DNA of 64,000 bases. It comes from an uncultured Bacilli bacterium. GTDB lineage: Bacteria; Bacillota_I; Bacilli_A; RF39; UBA660. Each line of letters starts with the position of its first letter. Position 1 is the first letter of the stretch. The position numbers and the translations under genes were made by a program. Under the pieces are notes generated by a model. The model saw nothing but the letters and a program-made list of their open reading frames with translations. It was not told the DNA's origin and did no database searches. The stretch spans positions 3,863-67,862 of the forward strand of contig CAKOLT010000003.1 in NCBI GenBank assembly GCA_934096315.1, written 5' to 3'. Of the stretch, positions 47,710 to 57,448 are shown in pieces.

Positions 47710-47773
47710 ACTCTCCTCCTTAATATTATTTTACTAAATTATATAAAAAAAGTCCATAGTTTTTAATAAATAT

Positions 47774-47802
47774 GTATTAATTTTATTATATGTACAATAC
47801 TA
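47774..47802 (+). promoter_or_regulatory. Possible forespore-type promoter for sspI
   Basis: GTATT, 17 nt, AATACTA. The architecture matches the candidate upstream of the alpha/beta SASP gene (GTATG-17-CATCCTA). The match to the consensus is weaker. Confidence 0.3.
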
Positions 47803-47817
47803 CTTATGGGTGATAAA

Positions 47818-48024
47818 ATGGATATTGATGTAAGAAGTTATATAATTAATAATTTTAAAGGTGATAGTGAAGATGTTATTGGAGATAATATTGATAAGGT
47901 TGTAAGTAGCAGAGAGGATGAGCCACTAATTGGTCTTGGGGTTTTGTTTGAAATACTTTGGGATAATAGTGATAAGAGTAAACGCTCAGAAATGGTTAAG
48001 AGAATAAAACAAGGTATGGGTTAA
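47818..48024 (+). CDS. sspI: Small acid-soluble spore protein SspI
   Basis: MDIDVRSYIINNFKGDSEDVIGDNIDKVV...EPLIGLGVLFEILW is colinear with my recollection of B. subtilis SspI (LPGLGVLFEVIW). The ATG at 47818 follows GGGTGAT; the track start at 47806 lies within that RBS. Confidence 0.8.
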   Translation: MDIDVRSYIINNFKGDSEDVIGDNIDKVVSSREDEPLIGLGVLFEILWDNSDKSKRSEMVKRIKQGMG

Positions 48025-48962
48025 ATCATATCTTGTTTTATTAAGTAAAGTTCGAAGGCATTCTTTTTACTTACTGCTCCTCTTTTTATTTTTATATCTA
48101 ACTCTGCTAAGTTATAAAGTCTATTTAGTAATTCATTTTCCGTGTAACTATAAGCATTTCTAAGACACATTTTTACCCTATTTGGGTTAGTAAAACCTAA
48201 GATTTTGGAAATTTCTTCGTTTGTCTTACCAAGGTTTGCTAATCTTTTTACTTGATACAAACTACGAAATTGACTTGCTAGAATGGGTATTAACATTACT
48301 TCATCATAACCATGTTTTATAAATTCTTTATACAATTTTAAACTTTTTTCAATATCTTTGTTTAAAACAGAATTTGTAAAAGAGAAAATATTGTCTTCAA
48401 AATTATTTGAGGTTATTTTATCTATATCACTCTTAGTTATTACCTTATCATTTAATTTTAATAACATTAATTTATTTATTTCATTATAAATATCATTAGG
48501 GTTACTTCCTACTTTAGATATTAAATATTTTATGTCATAGTTATTCATCTTATAATTTTCTTTTTTTAAGATATCATTAATATATTTTGTTAAGTCGAAA
48601 TTATCTTCCGTTATTATGCAGTCTTTTTCTGAGAAGTATTTATATATCTTTTTACGTTTATCTGGAGTCTTATCATATAAAAATATTAAATAATTATTAG
48701 GATTAGGTCTATTTAAATAAGTTAGTAATTTATCCATATCTTTAATATCGTCTTTAAATATACTTTCATTTTCTACTACTATTACTTTTTTAGGACTAAA
48801 CATACTACTCATACTTGCTTCTTCAATAATATCTCCAATAGTGGTAGTTTTTTCATTATCGTATTTTATAAGATCATATTCATCAATTTTAGAAATTAAA
48901 TTTTTTAGAAGAAGTTTAGTTACTTCCTTAGACTGACTATATATTAAATAATTATTTTTCAT
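48021..48962 (-). CDS. holA: DNA polymerase III delta subunit
   Basis: 313 aa with HolA-like layout and sequence (..LIFLYDKTPDKRKKIYK.., ..IPILASQFRSLYQVK..). The call is moderately diverged. Confidence 0.8.
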   Translation of the reverse strand: MKNNYLIYSQSKEVTKLLLKNLISKIDEYDLIKYDNEKTTTIGDIIEEASMSSMFSPKKVIVVENESIFKDDIKDMDKLLTYLNRPNPNNYLIFLYDKTPDKRKKIYKYFSEKDCIITEDNFDLTKYINDILKKENYKMNNYDIKYLISKVGSNPNDIYNEINKLMLLKLNDKVITKSDIDKITSNNFEDNIFSFTNSVLNKDIEKSLKLYKEFIKHGYDEVMLIPILASQFRSLYQVKRLANLGKTNEEISKILGFTNPNRVKMCLRNAYSYTENELLNRLYNLAELDIKIKRGAVSKKNAFELYLIKQDMI

Positions 48963-49791
48963 TTATTTTTCTCTTCTCACATTTATAACCATCAGATGTA
49001 TATAATTTTTTTATTTCTTTGAAAGTATTTGTGACATTGGTTTCCCTTTTAATAGACATTAAAGTGTTATCGCTGTCAAAATATTTTAGTCCGTCTGCGT
49101 CTTTGATATATTTATTTTGTTTTTGGTTATTAGTTTTAAAGTCTTGATATTCTACTTTGGTATCAAAAATATACTTAACCATATTATCAATATAAATTAT
49201 TTCATCTTTTTTATTAAAGTAAATAACAACGTCAGCATTTACTTTAGATAATTCTTTTATTTCATAATCTTTACTACACTCTAATATATAATTATCTTTA
49301 TTTTCTAAATATACATATATATATATAAATAGTAGAACGAATAATAAAGCAAGAACTGATTTTAATGTGCCTGCTGAATCTTTGTTTTGTTTTTTCTTTT
49401 TTGGGGCAGGTTTTTTAACACATACATATTCAAGTTTATTTAATAGATTGTTATCTACTTTCATTTCGTTATTAGATATTAGTTCTATTTTATTATATTT
49501 TTCAATATCAAGTATTTGGTAATCATATAATTTTTTGTTTTTGTTTAAGACAAGTATTAAATCATTTATCATGTTTGAAATATCTTTTTTTGTATCAATA
49601 ATTACAATACTATTTTCTTTGAAATGAATACTACCATAGTACAAGGTATTATTAAAATTATCCTTGTCAGAAAATATTGCATATATATTTCCATATTTTA
49701 AATCTTTGAAACAGCAGAATAATACTACTTCCCTATCCTTTACTTTTAGATCAAAGTCTCTATTTGATACCTTTATTATTTTACCATACAT
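48952..49791 (-). CDS. Hypothetical single-pass membrane protein
   Basis: 279-aa ORF with a K-rich stretch and then one TM segment (VLALLFVLLFIYIYVYL) mid-protein. I recognise no confident family. It overlaps the holA start. Confidence 0.45.
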   Translation of the reverse strand: MYGKIIKVSNRDFDLKVKDREVVLFCCFKDLKYGNIYAIFSDKDNFNNTLYYGSIHFKENSIVIIDTKKDISNMINDLILVLNKNKKLYDYQILDIEKYNKIELISNNEMKVDNNLLNKLEYVCVKKPAPKKKKQNKDSAGTLKSVLALLFVLLFIYIYVYLENKDNYILECSKDYEIKELSKVNADVVIYFNKKDEIIYIDNMVKYIFDTKVEYQDFKTNNQKQNKYIKDADGLKYFDSDNTLMSIKRETNVTNTFKEIKKLYTSDGYKCEKRKINEK

Positions 49792-49884
49792 GACACTCCT
49801 CCTTTATTAATATATTAACTATTTTAAGATAATCCAATTTTAACATATTTTTTTATATACATCAAGACTTTAATATTAATAAAT

Positions 49885-51105
49885 TTAAAAATTAAACATT
49901 AACCACTCTGGTTTAAATATCATTAATATTCCAATTATTACAAGTAAAATTCCTCCGACTAATTTAGATATTTTACCATATTTTGTACTAACTGCCGTTA
50001 ATCTAAGGGTAGTCATTGCTACTATAAATACTATTAAATCATCTAAAAAGAAACATAATAAATATAAAGCAATATATATACCTTGCTCAAATATAGTTAA
50101 ATTATTTACATTGAGTATTTCTATAAATATTATAGGAAGTCCTGCGGAACAAGCGAGCTCTATGATATTAACAGAGACTGCTAGAGTTATTACCCCAAAT
50201 AGAGCTAATAAGAAGTTTTTTTCTGAAGTGAATTTTTTTATTTTAGTAAATATTTTATTTCTTTGGTTATCGTTTGTTACAGTGCACCCTGATGTTTTTC
50301 TATTTTTGAAATAGCTAACTAGGTTAATGCTTCCTCCGATTAAAGCTACGAGAGCTATTAGGAGGCGAAAATATATGATACTACTTAAAAGACTTGCAAC
50401 ATTTAACCATGCTATCATAAATAATAAATATGTTAGGGTACTAGCTACTAGAAATGATATTCCTAGAGTCCACATTCTTTTCTTGTTTTTCATTCCCATT
50501 AACATACTTATTAAAAATAGTAAGACCCACATAGCACAGGGGTTAAACCCATCTAATAGACCTATTACAATTGTGATTAGAGGTAAGGTTAGGTTTTTAG
50601 TCTCTACTTTGCCTATTAAAGGAATATCAAATGTATAATTTTCATAATTTTTCATATACTCTTCTAGAGTTATATTATCTTTATTTTCCTTTATTTGACC
50701 AGTTTCTTTGATACCAAGGTAGTTTGCTACGACATCTTCGTATCCATATTCTTCAAAATAGGATATTGCTCCGAGAAAGTTTTTCTTACTACTTTCTTCG
50801 CTATAACCATTATATGTTTTTGTACCAATAATTGTAAAAGGGACTCCTGATACTTTAACATTTAATAGTTTAGATATTTCTTCTAATTTTTTACTATTAT
50901 CTTCTTCGCTAATTTCATACATATAAACTTTTATTTTTTTACTATCTTCTTCTAATTTAGTTAATAATTCTTTTTCTTTTTGACAGTGTTTACATGTGTA
51001 TGAATGGAAGAAATAGATATTTACTAAATCACTATTTGCATATGTGTAAGAGGTAATCATAAAGAAGGATAATAATATAAATAATATTTTATTAATGTAC
51101 TTCAC
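49885..51105 (-). CDS. Membrane thiol-disulfide protein: exported thioredoxin-fold CxxC domain fused to a polytopic Cys-containing domain
   Basis: Signal peptide, then YFFHSYTCKHCQKEKELL (thioredoxin-like CxxC). About 6 TM segments follow, with the conserved-looking Cys motifs DGFNPCAMW and ELACSAGLP (DsbD/CcdA-like logic). Assignment from motifs only. Confidence 0.55.
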   Translation of the reverse strand: MKYINKILFILLSFFMITSYTYANSDLVNIYFFHSYTCKHCQKEKELLTKLEEDSKKIKVYMYEISEEDNSKKLEEISKLLNVKVSGVPFTIIGTKTYNGYSEESSKKNFLGAISYFEEYGYEDVVANYLGIKETGQIKENKDNITLEEYMKNYENYTFDIPLIGKVETKNLTLPLITIVIGLLDGFNPCAMWVLLFLISMLMGMKNKKRMWTLGISFLVASTLTYLLFMIAWLNVASLLSSIIYFRLLIALVALIGGSINLVSYFKNRKTSGCTVTNDNQRNKIFTKIKKFTSEKNFLLALFGVITLAVSVNIIELACSAGLPIIFIEILNVNNLTIFEQGIYIALYLLCFFLDDLIVFIVAMTTLRLTAVSTKYGKISKLVGGILLVIIGILMIFKPEWLMFNF

Positions 51106-51109
51106 AATT

Positions 51110-51376
51110 TCACATCTCTCTATATTTTTCTATAGTACTAATTAATTTTTTTTCTGATACTTCTCCTACTAGTCTTTCTAATTCTCTATCATCTTTATCT
51201 AAGAAGATGGTAACTGGTAAGGTTTTGCCAATAGCAAATTTTTCTCTTAAGTCATAATCAATATCATAGTCGTAATCATTAGTTTCTATGTTATATTTTT
51301 TTTCTATATTATTCCATACTTTTTTCATTACTAAGCATCCAGGGCACCAAATGGCAGTAAATTTAATTATTTTCAT
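51110..51376 (-). CDS. Thioredoxin-family protein
   Basis: 88 aa with FTAIWCPGCLVMK (a WCxxC active site). Confidence 0.75.
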   Translation of the reverse strand: MKIIKFTAIWCPGCLVMKKVWNNIEKKYNIETNDYDYDIDYDLREKFAIGKTLPVTIFLDKDDRELERLVGEVSEKKLISTIEKYREM

Positions 51377-51385
51377 AACTCCTCC

Positions 51386-52510
51386 TTATTTTAATAATAA
51401 CTTATTATAACATTTATCAAATATTTCCAAGGCTTTATCTACTTCTTCCATAGTGGTTCGGTATGATAAACTTATTCTTAGAGATGTAGATGATATATCT
51501 CTATCTTTGGTTAGAGCATATACACTATTAGAGATACTATCAGAACTAGAGCAAGCACTTTTAGTAGATATATATACTTTATTTTCGTCAAGAGCATGTA
51601 TAAATGTTTCTGGTTTAATGTTTTTTAGGCTAAAATTAATTGTATATGGAATAGAGTTTTTGGTACTGTTTATATGGACATTTTCATATTTACTTAAGGC
51701 AGATATTATTTTTTTATTTAGTTTTTCGACGTAATTATAATTAGTTTTTATATTAGGAATAATTAACTCTAAAGCTTTCATTAGGGATACTATTAAAGGT
51801 AAGGCAGGAGTACCACTTCTGTATATAGTGGTACTTTTTCCCCCATGAATAAGGGGTTCTATTACGATGTTTTCTTTCTTTATAAGCATTCCTATTCCTT
51901 TTAGTCCAAATATTTTATGGGCTGATATACTTGCTAAATCTATATTAGTAAAATCTATATTGACTTTACCTACTGCTTGTGTACAATCTACATGGAAATA
52001 GCATTTCGGATATTCTTTTAAAAGTTTTCCTATTTCATCTATATTTTGTTTTAACCCTATTTCACTATCTACTAAACAAATACTTACTAATATAGTATCA
52101 TCTGTTAGTAGTGTTTTTAAGTGATCTATATCTACAAGTCCTTCATCAGTTATTTTTACAAAGTCAACTTCATAACCATCATTAGATAGATAATTTAAGG
52201 GTCCGATTACACTTGAGTGTTCTAAAAAGGTGGTTATTATGTGTTTTCCTCTATTTTTGTATTTACTACATACTCCTTTAATTGCTAGGTTGTTTGATTC
52301 ACTAGAACCAGATGTATAGATTATATCTTTGGGAGATATTTTTAATAAATCTGCGATTTTTTCTGTGGCATAGTCTTCAAGTTGTTTTGATTTTATACCT
52401 AAGCTATGTAGGGAATTGCTATTACCAGGATATTCTATACATACTTTGTTAAAAGTATCTAATACTCTTTTATCTACAGGAGTAGTAGCGTTATAATCTA
52501 AATATATCAT
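51386..52510 (-). CDS. Cysteine desulfurase (class V aminotransferase, NifS/IscS-like)
   Basis: MIYLDYNATTPVD..., the PLP-Lys block SAHKIFGLKGIG, and a C-terminal STKSACSS loop carrying the catalytic Cys. Confidence 0.9.
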   Translation of the reverse strand: MIYLDYNATTPVDKRVLDTFNKVCIEYPGNSNSLHSLGIKSKQLEDYATEKIADLLKISPKDIIYTSGSSESNNLAIKGVCSKYKNRGKHIITTFLEHSSVIGPLNYLSNDGYEVDFVKITDEGLVDIDHLKTLLTDDTILVSICLVDSEIGLKQNIDEIGKLLKEYPKCYFHVDCTQAVGKVNIDFTNIDLASISAHKIFGLKGIGMLIKKENIVIEPLIHGGKSTTIYRSGTPALPLIVSLMKALELIIPNIKTNYNYVEKLNKKIISALSKYENVHINSTKNSIPYTINFSLKNIKPETFIHALDENKVYISTKSACSSSDSISNSVYALTKDRDISSTSLRISLSYRTTMEEVDKALEIFDKCYNKLLLK

Positions 52511-52547
52511 ATTATATTCTCCTTTTTGAATTAATTATAAATGTATT

Positions 52548-54785
52548 TTAACAGTTAATACCTTTAATTTTTAGTTCTTCTTTTTCATCATCATCATCTA
52601 TCTTTTTAACTTTATTTATACTTTTTTTCTCTAATATTAACCATAATGGGTTAGATATAAATATTGATGAATAAACTCCGGAAATGAAACCTACTAGTAA
52701 GGCAATGTTAAAATTAATTATTTCTGTAGCCCCGAATATTACTAAGCATACAACAGGCATAATTGTAGTCATTGTGGTCATAATACTTCTGAATAATGTT
52801 AATCTAACACTATCATTGACTAAATCATCTAGATCAGAATCCTTTTTAATGTTGCCCATATATTTTCTCTTGTAGTTTTCTCTTATCATATCAAAGGTTA
52901 CAATTGTATCATTTATAGAGTATCCAATTATTGTTAGGATGGCTGCTATGAATATTGAATTTACTTCTAATCTGAATATTGAGAAGAAGCAGATGGTGAT
53001 TATTACGTCATGTAATAAAGCTATTATACCACTTATTGCATAGTTGAATTTAAATCTAAAGCTTATGTATAAGCATATACCTATACTAGATAGAATTAGG
53101 GAAATTACAGCGTTTTTAACTAGTTCTTTTTTTACAACATTACTAACTACATATATATCAGTATCTACATTGTATTTATCATGCAGTTTTGATGTTAATT
53201 CTTTAATATCATCTTTAGTTAAAATATTATCTATAGTTATGTTAGTGACTTCTTTATCTGTACTACTTTTAATTATATTATAATTACTATCTTTAAGGTC
53301 TTTATTAATATCTTTGATTATAGAATTATCTAATGTATTTACAGTTACCTCAGTTCCTCCGGAAAAGTCTACTGCTAAATTTAATTTTCTAAAACCAAAG
53401 AATATTGCTCCGGTTAGTATTATAATAATAGTTAAAGCAAACATTTTATTTTTAATTTTGACAAAATCAAGTTTTTTGTATGGTATTATTATGTCTTTGC
53501 TTTTAACGATTTTCTTTTTATTTACTCTTATGAATAGGCCTGGTTTATCATCGAAGAATCCAGTATTTACGAAGTATTTTAAAACTAGTCTTACAAGTAC
53601 AAGCATTACGAATAGAGTAACTAAGATACTAATTATTAATAGTGTTGCATATCCTTTTACTGAGCTTTGTCCAAATATAAATAAGATTATAGCTACGATT
53701 ATGGTAGTTAAATTGGCATCTATTATACTTTTAAGTGAGGTTTTATTACCTTCTTCAAATGATTTTTTTAGGCTGTTTCCTATTTTTAGTCTATCTTTTA
53801 TTCTTTCAAAACTAATTACACAAGCGTCTACTGCCATACCTATTCCTAAAAGCATTGCGGCAATACCTGGAAGGGTTAAAACTCCATTTATTAAATAGAA
53901 TAATAAGAAAGTTAATAGTGCATATACGATAACTCCGATACCTGCGATTAAACCTGCGAAATGATATACTAAAACCATTAATGCTATAACAGTTATTATA
54001 CCAATAATTCCCGCTAAAAAGGTTTTATTTAATGAGTTTTCTCCGAATGATGCTTCTACTGTTCTTGATGATAATTCAGTAAGTTTAGTAGGAAGAGAAC
54101 CTAGGTTAATGTTTTCAGCAAGAGTTTCTGCCTCTTCTTTTGTAAAGTTTCCTTGAATTATTACATCAGATGAGAAAGCTTGTTCTACTCTTGCAGCACT
54201 TTTACATCTTGATTCTGCTGTACCACATTTGTCTTTTTCTTTTGAATAACTGTCTTTATTTTCGTCATAATCTAGCCATATGACAATTACGTTATTCATT
54301 TTCTTTGATATGTCTCCGGTTACTTTAGAGAATGTATCTGTATCTTTGATACTAAGACTAACTGCAGGTTTTCCATAACTATCCATAGTTACTTTGGCAC
54401 TACCTTTTAGTACACTACTAGTCATAAGCAAATTGTCTGCAGAATCTCTAAAGGATAGTACATACATTGAACTTATTTTTTCTCTTGCTTCTTTTTGGGA
54501 AGTTACACCCGCTAATCTTATTCTTATTCTGTTTTCGCCTTCGATTGATATTTCTGGTTCGCTAACTCCGAGACTGTCTACCCTTTTTAGGATAGATTTA
54601 TAAGTGTTATAGACCATATCACTATCTAGTTTTTCGCCTTCGAATGCTTCTACTTCATATAATACTTCAAAGCCTCCTTGTAAGTCTAATCCATAGTTTA
54701 TATGTTTTAATAGTTTTACGCATCCAAAACAACATATAACTGCTACTAGAAGGCTTACTATTATTCCTATTATTGTCTTTTTCAT
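52548..54785 (-). CDS. secDF: Protein translocase subunit SecDF (fused)
   Basis: 745 aa: a SecD half (LGLDLQGGFEVLYE, periplasmic domain, 6 TM) followed by a SecF half (VDFSGGTEV...), as in the Bacillus SecDF fusion. Confidence 0.95.
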   Translation of the reverse strand: MKKTIIGIIVSLLVAVICCFGCVKLLKHINYGLDLQGGFEVLYEVEAFEGEKLDSDMVYNTYKSILKRVDSLGVSEPEISIEGENRIRIRLAGVTSQKEAREKISSMYVLSFRDSADNLLMTSSVLKGSAKVTMDSYGKPAVSLSIKDTDTFSKVTGDISKKMNNVIVIWLDYDENKDSYSKEKDKCGTAESRCKSAARVEQAFSSDVIIQGNFTKEEAETLAENINLGSLPTKLTELSSRTVEASFGENSLNKTFLAGIIGIITVIALMVLVYHFAGLIAGIGVIVYALLTFLLFYLINGVLTLPGIAAMLLGIGMAVDACVISFERIKDRLKIGNSLKKSFEEGNKTSLKSIIDANLTTIIVAIILFIFGQSSVKGYATLLIISILVTLFVMLVLVRLVLKYFVNTGFFDDKPGLFIRVNKKKIVKSKDIIIPYKKLDFVKIKNKMFALTIIIILTGAIFFGFRKLNLAVDFSGGTEVTVNTLDNSIIKDINKDLKDSNYNIIKSSTDKEVTNITIDNILTKDDIKELTSKLHDKYNVDTDIYVVSNVVKKELVKNAVISLILSSIGICLYISFRFKFNYAISGIIALLHDVIITICFFSIFRLEVNSIFIAAILTIIGYSINDTIVTFDMIRENYKRKYMGNIKKDSDLDDLVNDSVRLTLFRSIMTTMTTIMPVVCLVIFGATEIINFNIALLVGFISGVYSSIFISNPLWLILEKKSINKVKKIDDDDEKEELKIKGINC

Positions 54786-54799
54786 TGTTTTATTCCTTC

Positions 54800-55060
54800 C
54801 TATAATAGTATTTTATCTTCATTTTTTATTTTATTTTTTATATATTTATCTACGTTTGTTATATTTACATAAATTATATCACTAACCATATCTGAAAGTG
54901 TTAAATTATGGGCATTTTTCCACTTATGTGTGCTTAAATACTGCCATATATCATTATGACTTATATATAAATAGTTATCATTTTGAATAAGTCTTTTTTT
55001 TACTTTTAAACAAGGAAGTAATCTATGATATAATTCTTCTAAACTATTATACTCCTCCAT
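54800..55060 (-). CDS. Post-transcriptional regulator ComN/YrzD-like protein
   Basis: Small protein directly upstream of secDF, as yrzD/comN is in B. subtilis, with the pattern ...LKVKKRLIQNDNYLYISHNDIWQYL...KW. The ATG at 55060 follows GGAGGT. Confidence 0.55.
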   Translation of the reverse strand: MEEYNSLEELYHRLLPCLKVKKRLIQNDNYLYISHNDIWQYLSTHKWKNAHNLTLSDMVSDIIYVNITNVDKYIKNKIKNEDKILL

Positions 55061-55071
55061 AAATACCTCCA

Positions 55072-56448
55072 TTATTTTAGTTTATTGTTAATATAATCTA
55101 CTAATTTATCTAACTCTACTACTTCTTGTTTCATAGTGTCTCTATCTCTTACTGTTACTGTATTATTGTTTATGGTTTCATCGTCTACAGTTATACAGAA
55201 AGGGGTTCCAATTACGTCTTGACGACGATATCTTTTACCAATTGATGCTGATTCATCATATGTAGTCATGAATGATTTTGATAAGTCTTTGCTTATTTTC
55301 ATAGCAAGGTCACTATGGTATTTTTTAACAAGGGGTAGTACACATACTTTGTATGGGGCAAGAAGTGGGTTTAATTTTAATACTTCTCTATAACTACCAT
55401 CTTCTAACTGTTCTTCTTTATAGCTATCACATAGTACTGCTAGAGTTAATCTATCACATCCTACTGAAGACTCTACTACATATGGTATGTATTTACTGTT
55501 ATCTACTGGATCTAGGTATTCAAAGCTAACCTTTGAGTATTCTTCATGACGTGATAAGTCATAGTTGGTACGGTTATGTGTCCCCCATAATTCACCCCAT
55601 CCGAATGGGAATTTATATTCAATATCACATGCTTCTTTAGCATAATGAGCTAATTTTTCGTGATCTTTAAATCTTAAGTTTTCTGGGGATACCCCAAGTG
55701 ATTTAACAAAATCCATTGCATAATTTTTATAATAGTTATAGAAGTTTGAATCTTCACCCTCTTTACAGAATTGTTGGTGTTCCATTTGTTCAAATTCTAT
55801 AGTTCTAAAGGTAAAGTTACCTGGGGTTATTTCGTTACGAAATGCTTTTCCTATTTGTCCTATTCCAAACGGTACTTTTGTTCTCATAGTTCTAAGGACA
55901 TTTAAATAGTTTACGAACTCTCCTTGAGCTGTCTCTGGTCTTAGGTATACTAAACCATTTGGGTCTTCTTTGATGACTCCTCGATGAGTTTCAAACATAA
56001 GACCAAACTCTCTTATATCTGTAAAGTCTAGACTACCACATTTTGGGCATTTTATTTTGTTTGCTTTAATATATTCAACCATTTCTTTATCTGTTAGTGT
56101 ATCTGGGTTGATGTCACAGTCTGATTCTTCGATTAGTTTATCTGCACGATATCTACTTTTACATCCTTTACAATCTATTAGGGGATCAGAAAAGCTAGTA
56201 GTGTGACCAGAAGCTTCCCATACTCTTGGGTGCATTAGTATATCAGCGTCTATTTCATAACTGTTATCAGATTCTTGAATGAATTTTTTACGCCATAGGT
56301 CTTTTAGGTTGTTTTTAAGGCGGACTCCAAGGGGTCCATAATCCCATGTATTTGCAAGACCTCCATATATTTCACTTCCTTGAAATATGTATCCATATGT
56401 TTTACAGTAATTTACTAATTTATCCATAGTTAATTTATTATTATCCAT
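55072..56448 (-). CDS. glyQS: Glycine--tRNA ligase (alpha2 homodimeric type)
   Basis: YGYIFQGSEIYGGLANTWDYGPLG...LRPETAQG...FRNEITPGNF-FRTIEFEQME (class II motifs); 458 aa. Confidence 0.95.
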   Translation of the reverse strand: MDNNKLTMDKLVNYCKTYGYIFQGSEIYGGLANTWDYGPLGVRLKNNLKDLWRKKFIQESDNSYEIDADILMHPRVWEASGHTTSFSDPLIDCKGCKSRYRADKLIEESDCDINPDTLTDKEMVEYIKANKIKCPKCGSLDFTDIREFGLMFETHRGVIKEDPNGLVYLRPETAQGEFVNYLNVLRTMRTKVPFGIGQIGKAFRNEITPGNFTFRTIEFEQMEHQQFCKEGEDSNFYNYYKNYAMDFVKSLGVSPENLRFKDHEKLAHYAKEACDIEYKFPFGWGELWGTHNRTNYDLSRHEEYSKVSFEYLDPVDNSKYIPYVVESSVGCDRLTLAVLCDSYKEEQLEDGSYREVLKLNPLLAPYKVCVLPLVKKYHSDLAMKISKDLSKSFMTTYDESASIGKRYRRQDVIGTPFCITVDDETINNNTVTVRDRDTMKQEVVELDKLVDYINNKLK

Positions 56449-56973
56449 TTATATCACATCCTTTATATATTTTATAACTTCACTTGTGTTATTAGCAATC
56501 TTGTATATACTTTCTATATTACTAGAGAATTTACTTTTTTCTAGTTTTTTTATAATGTTTAATAAATCATCATAATAATGATTATCATTATATATTATAA
56601 GGGGTTTATTTATGTTATATGTTCTTTTTATATCCACTGCTGTTAATAGTTCTTGGTATGTCCCTATTCCTCCGGGAAGAAATAGCCATATATCTGAGTC
56701 ATTTAACATGTTTAGGGTTCTTTCGGGAATATTTTTAACAGGAATATTATGTACTTTATCTAAATTTATATTATAGATAGGGATATTATAAGCATATATT
56801 TCTCTATTATTTTCTTTATATAGATTATAAAGTACTCCCATACAGCCATGGTAATCACATCCGAAGACTAGGTCTATATTATTTTCTATTAAGTATTTTC
56901 CAATTGTAAGGGTATCTTTTTTATAGTGAGAGTCTACTTCATCTTTGGAAGTTGTTGCGACAAATATTTTCAT
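56449..56973 (-). CDS. LOG-family / TIGR00730 Rossmann-fold nucleotide-binding protein
   Basis: PGGIGTYQELLTA (the PGGxGTxxE LOG motif); 174 aa. Its stop abuts the glyQS start. Confidence 0.7.
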   Translation of the reverse strand: MKIFVATTSKDEVDSHYKKDTLTIGKYLIENNIDLVFGCDYHGCMGVLYNLYKENNREIYAYNIPIYNINLDKVHNIPVKNIPERTLNMLNDSDIWLFLPGGIGTYQELLTAVDIKRTYNINKPLIIYNDNHYYDDLLNIIKKLEKSKFSSNIESIYKIANNTSEVIKYIKDVI

Positions 56974-56983
56974 AAATTCCTCC

Positions 56984-57448
56984 TTAACGACTCTTTTTCG
57001 AGGTTAGTTCTTCTGTATTAAAATTTAATAACAATTCATCTTGTTTTCTTTGTTCTATTTCTATTAGCTGATATTTTAAATTATCTATAATTATTCCTAA
57101 TTTTTTAAGGGTTAATTTTTGATAAGTGTTTCCTAAATATTTTACATAGTTGTTAATTATTTTTATTCTTAATTTTTCGGCTTCAATTATACTTTTTTCA
57201 ATAGCGGATGTTCCATCATCTTCATCACTATTTTCCACTCTTTTTAAAATGTTTAGTATTTTTAGTTCGATTTTCTTTTTTATTAGTTTTTCACTAAAAT
57301 CAGGAGACAAAAAGTTGATTTTGTTTACTTCAATAGTTCCCTTGCCTTTTACTTTAGGTTTTACATTATAACTATCATCATATTTTAAATTAATTGATAT
57401 TTTACTAGTGATACCATCTTTGCATAGGTTATAACTATTTTTCTTCAT
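56984..57448 (-). CDS. Hypothetical coiled-coil protein
   Basis: 154-aa ORF overlapping the trmD stop by 14 nt. K/E/I-rich, with no motif I recognise. Confidence 0.4.
   Translation of the reverse strand: MKKNSYNLCKDGITSKISINLKYDDSYNVKPKVKGKGTIEVNKINFLSPDFSEKLIKKKIELKILNILKRVENSDEDDGTSAIEKSIIEAEKLRIKIINNYVKYLGNTYQKLTLKKLGIIIDNLKYQLIEIEQRKQDELLLNFNTEELTSKKSR

Noticed and set aside
56449-56990. I expected a T-box leader upstream of glyQS, since the B. subtilis glyQS T-box is the model system.
   Set aside because: The glyQS ATG abuts the stop of the upstream LOG-family gene with no intergenic space. No specifier or T-box (AAUUAGGGUGGUACCGCG-like) sequence is present.
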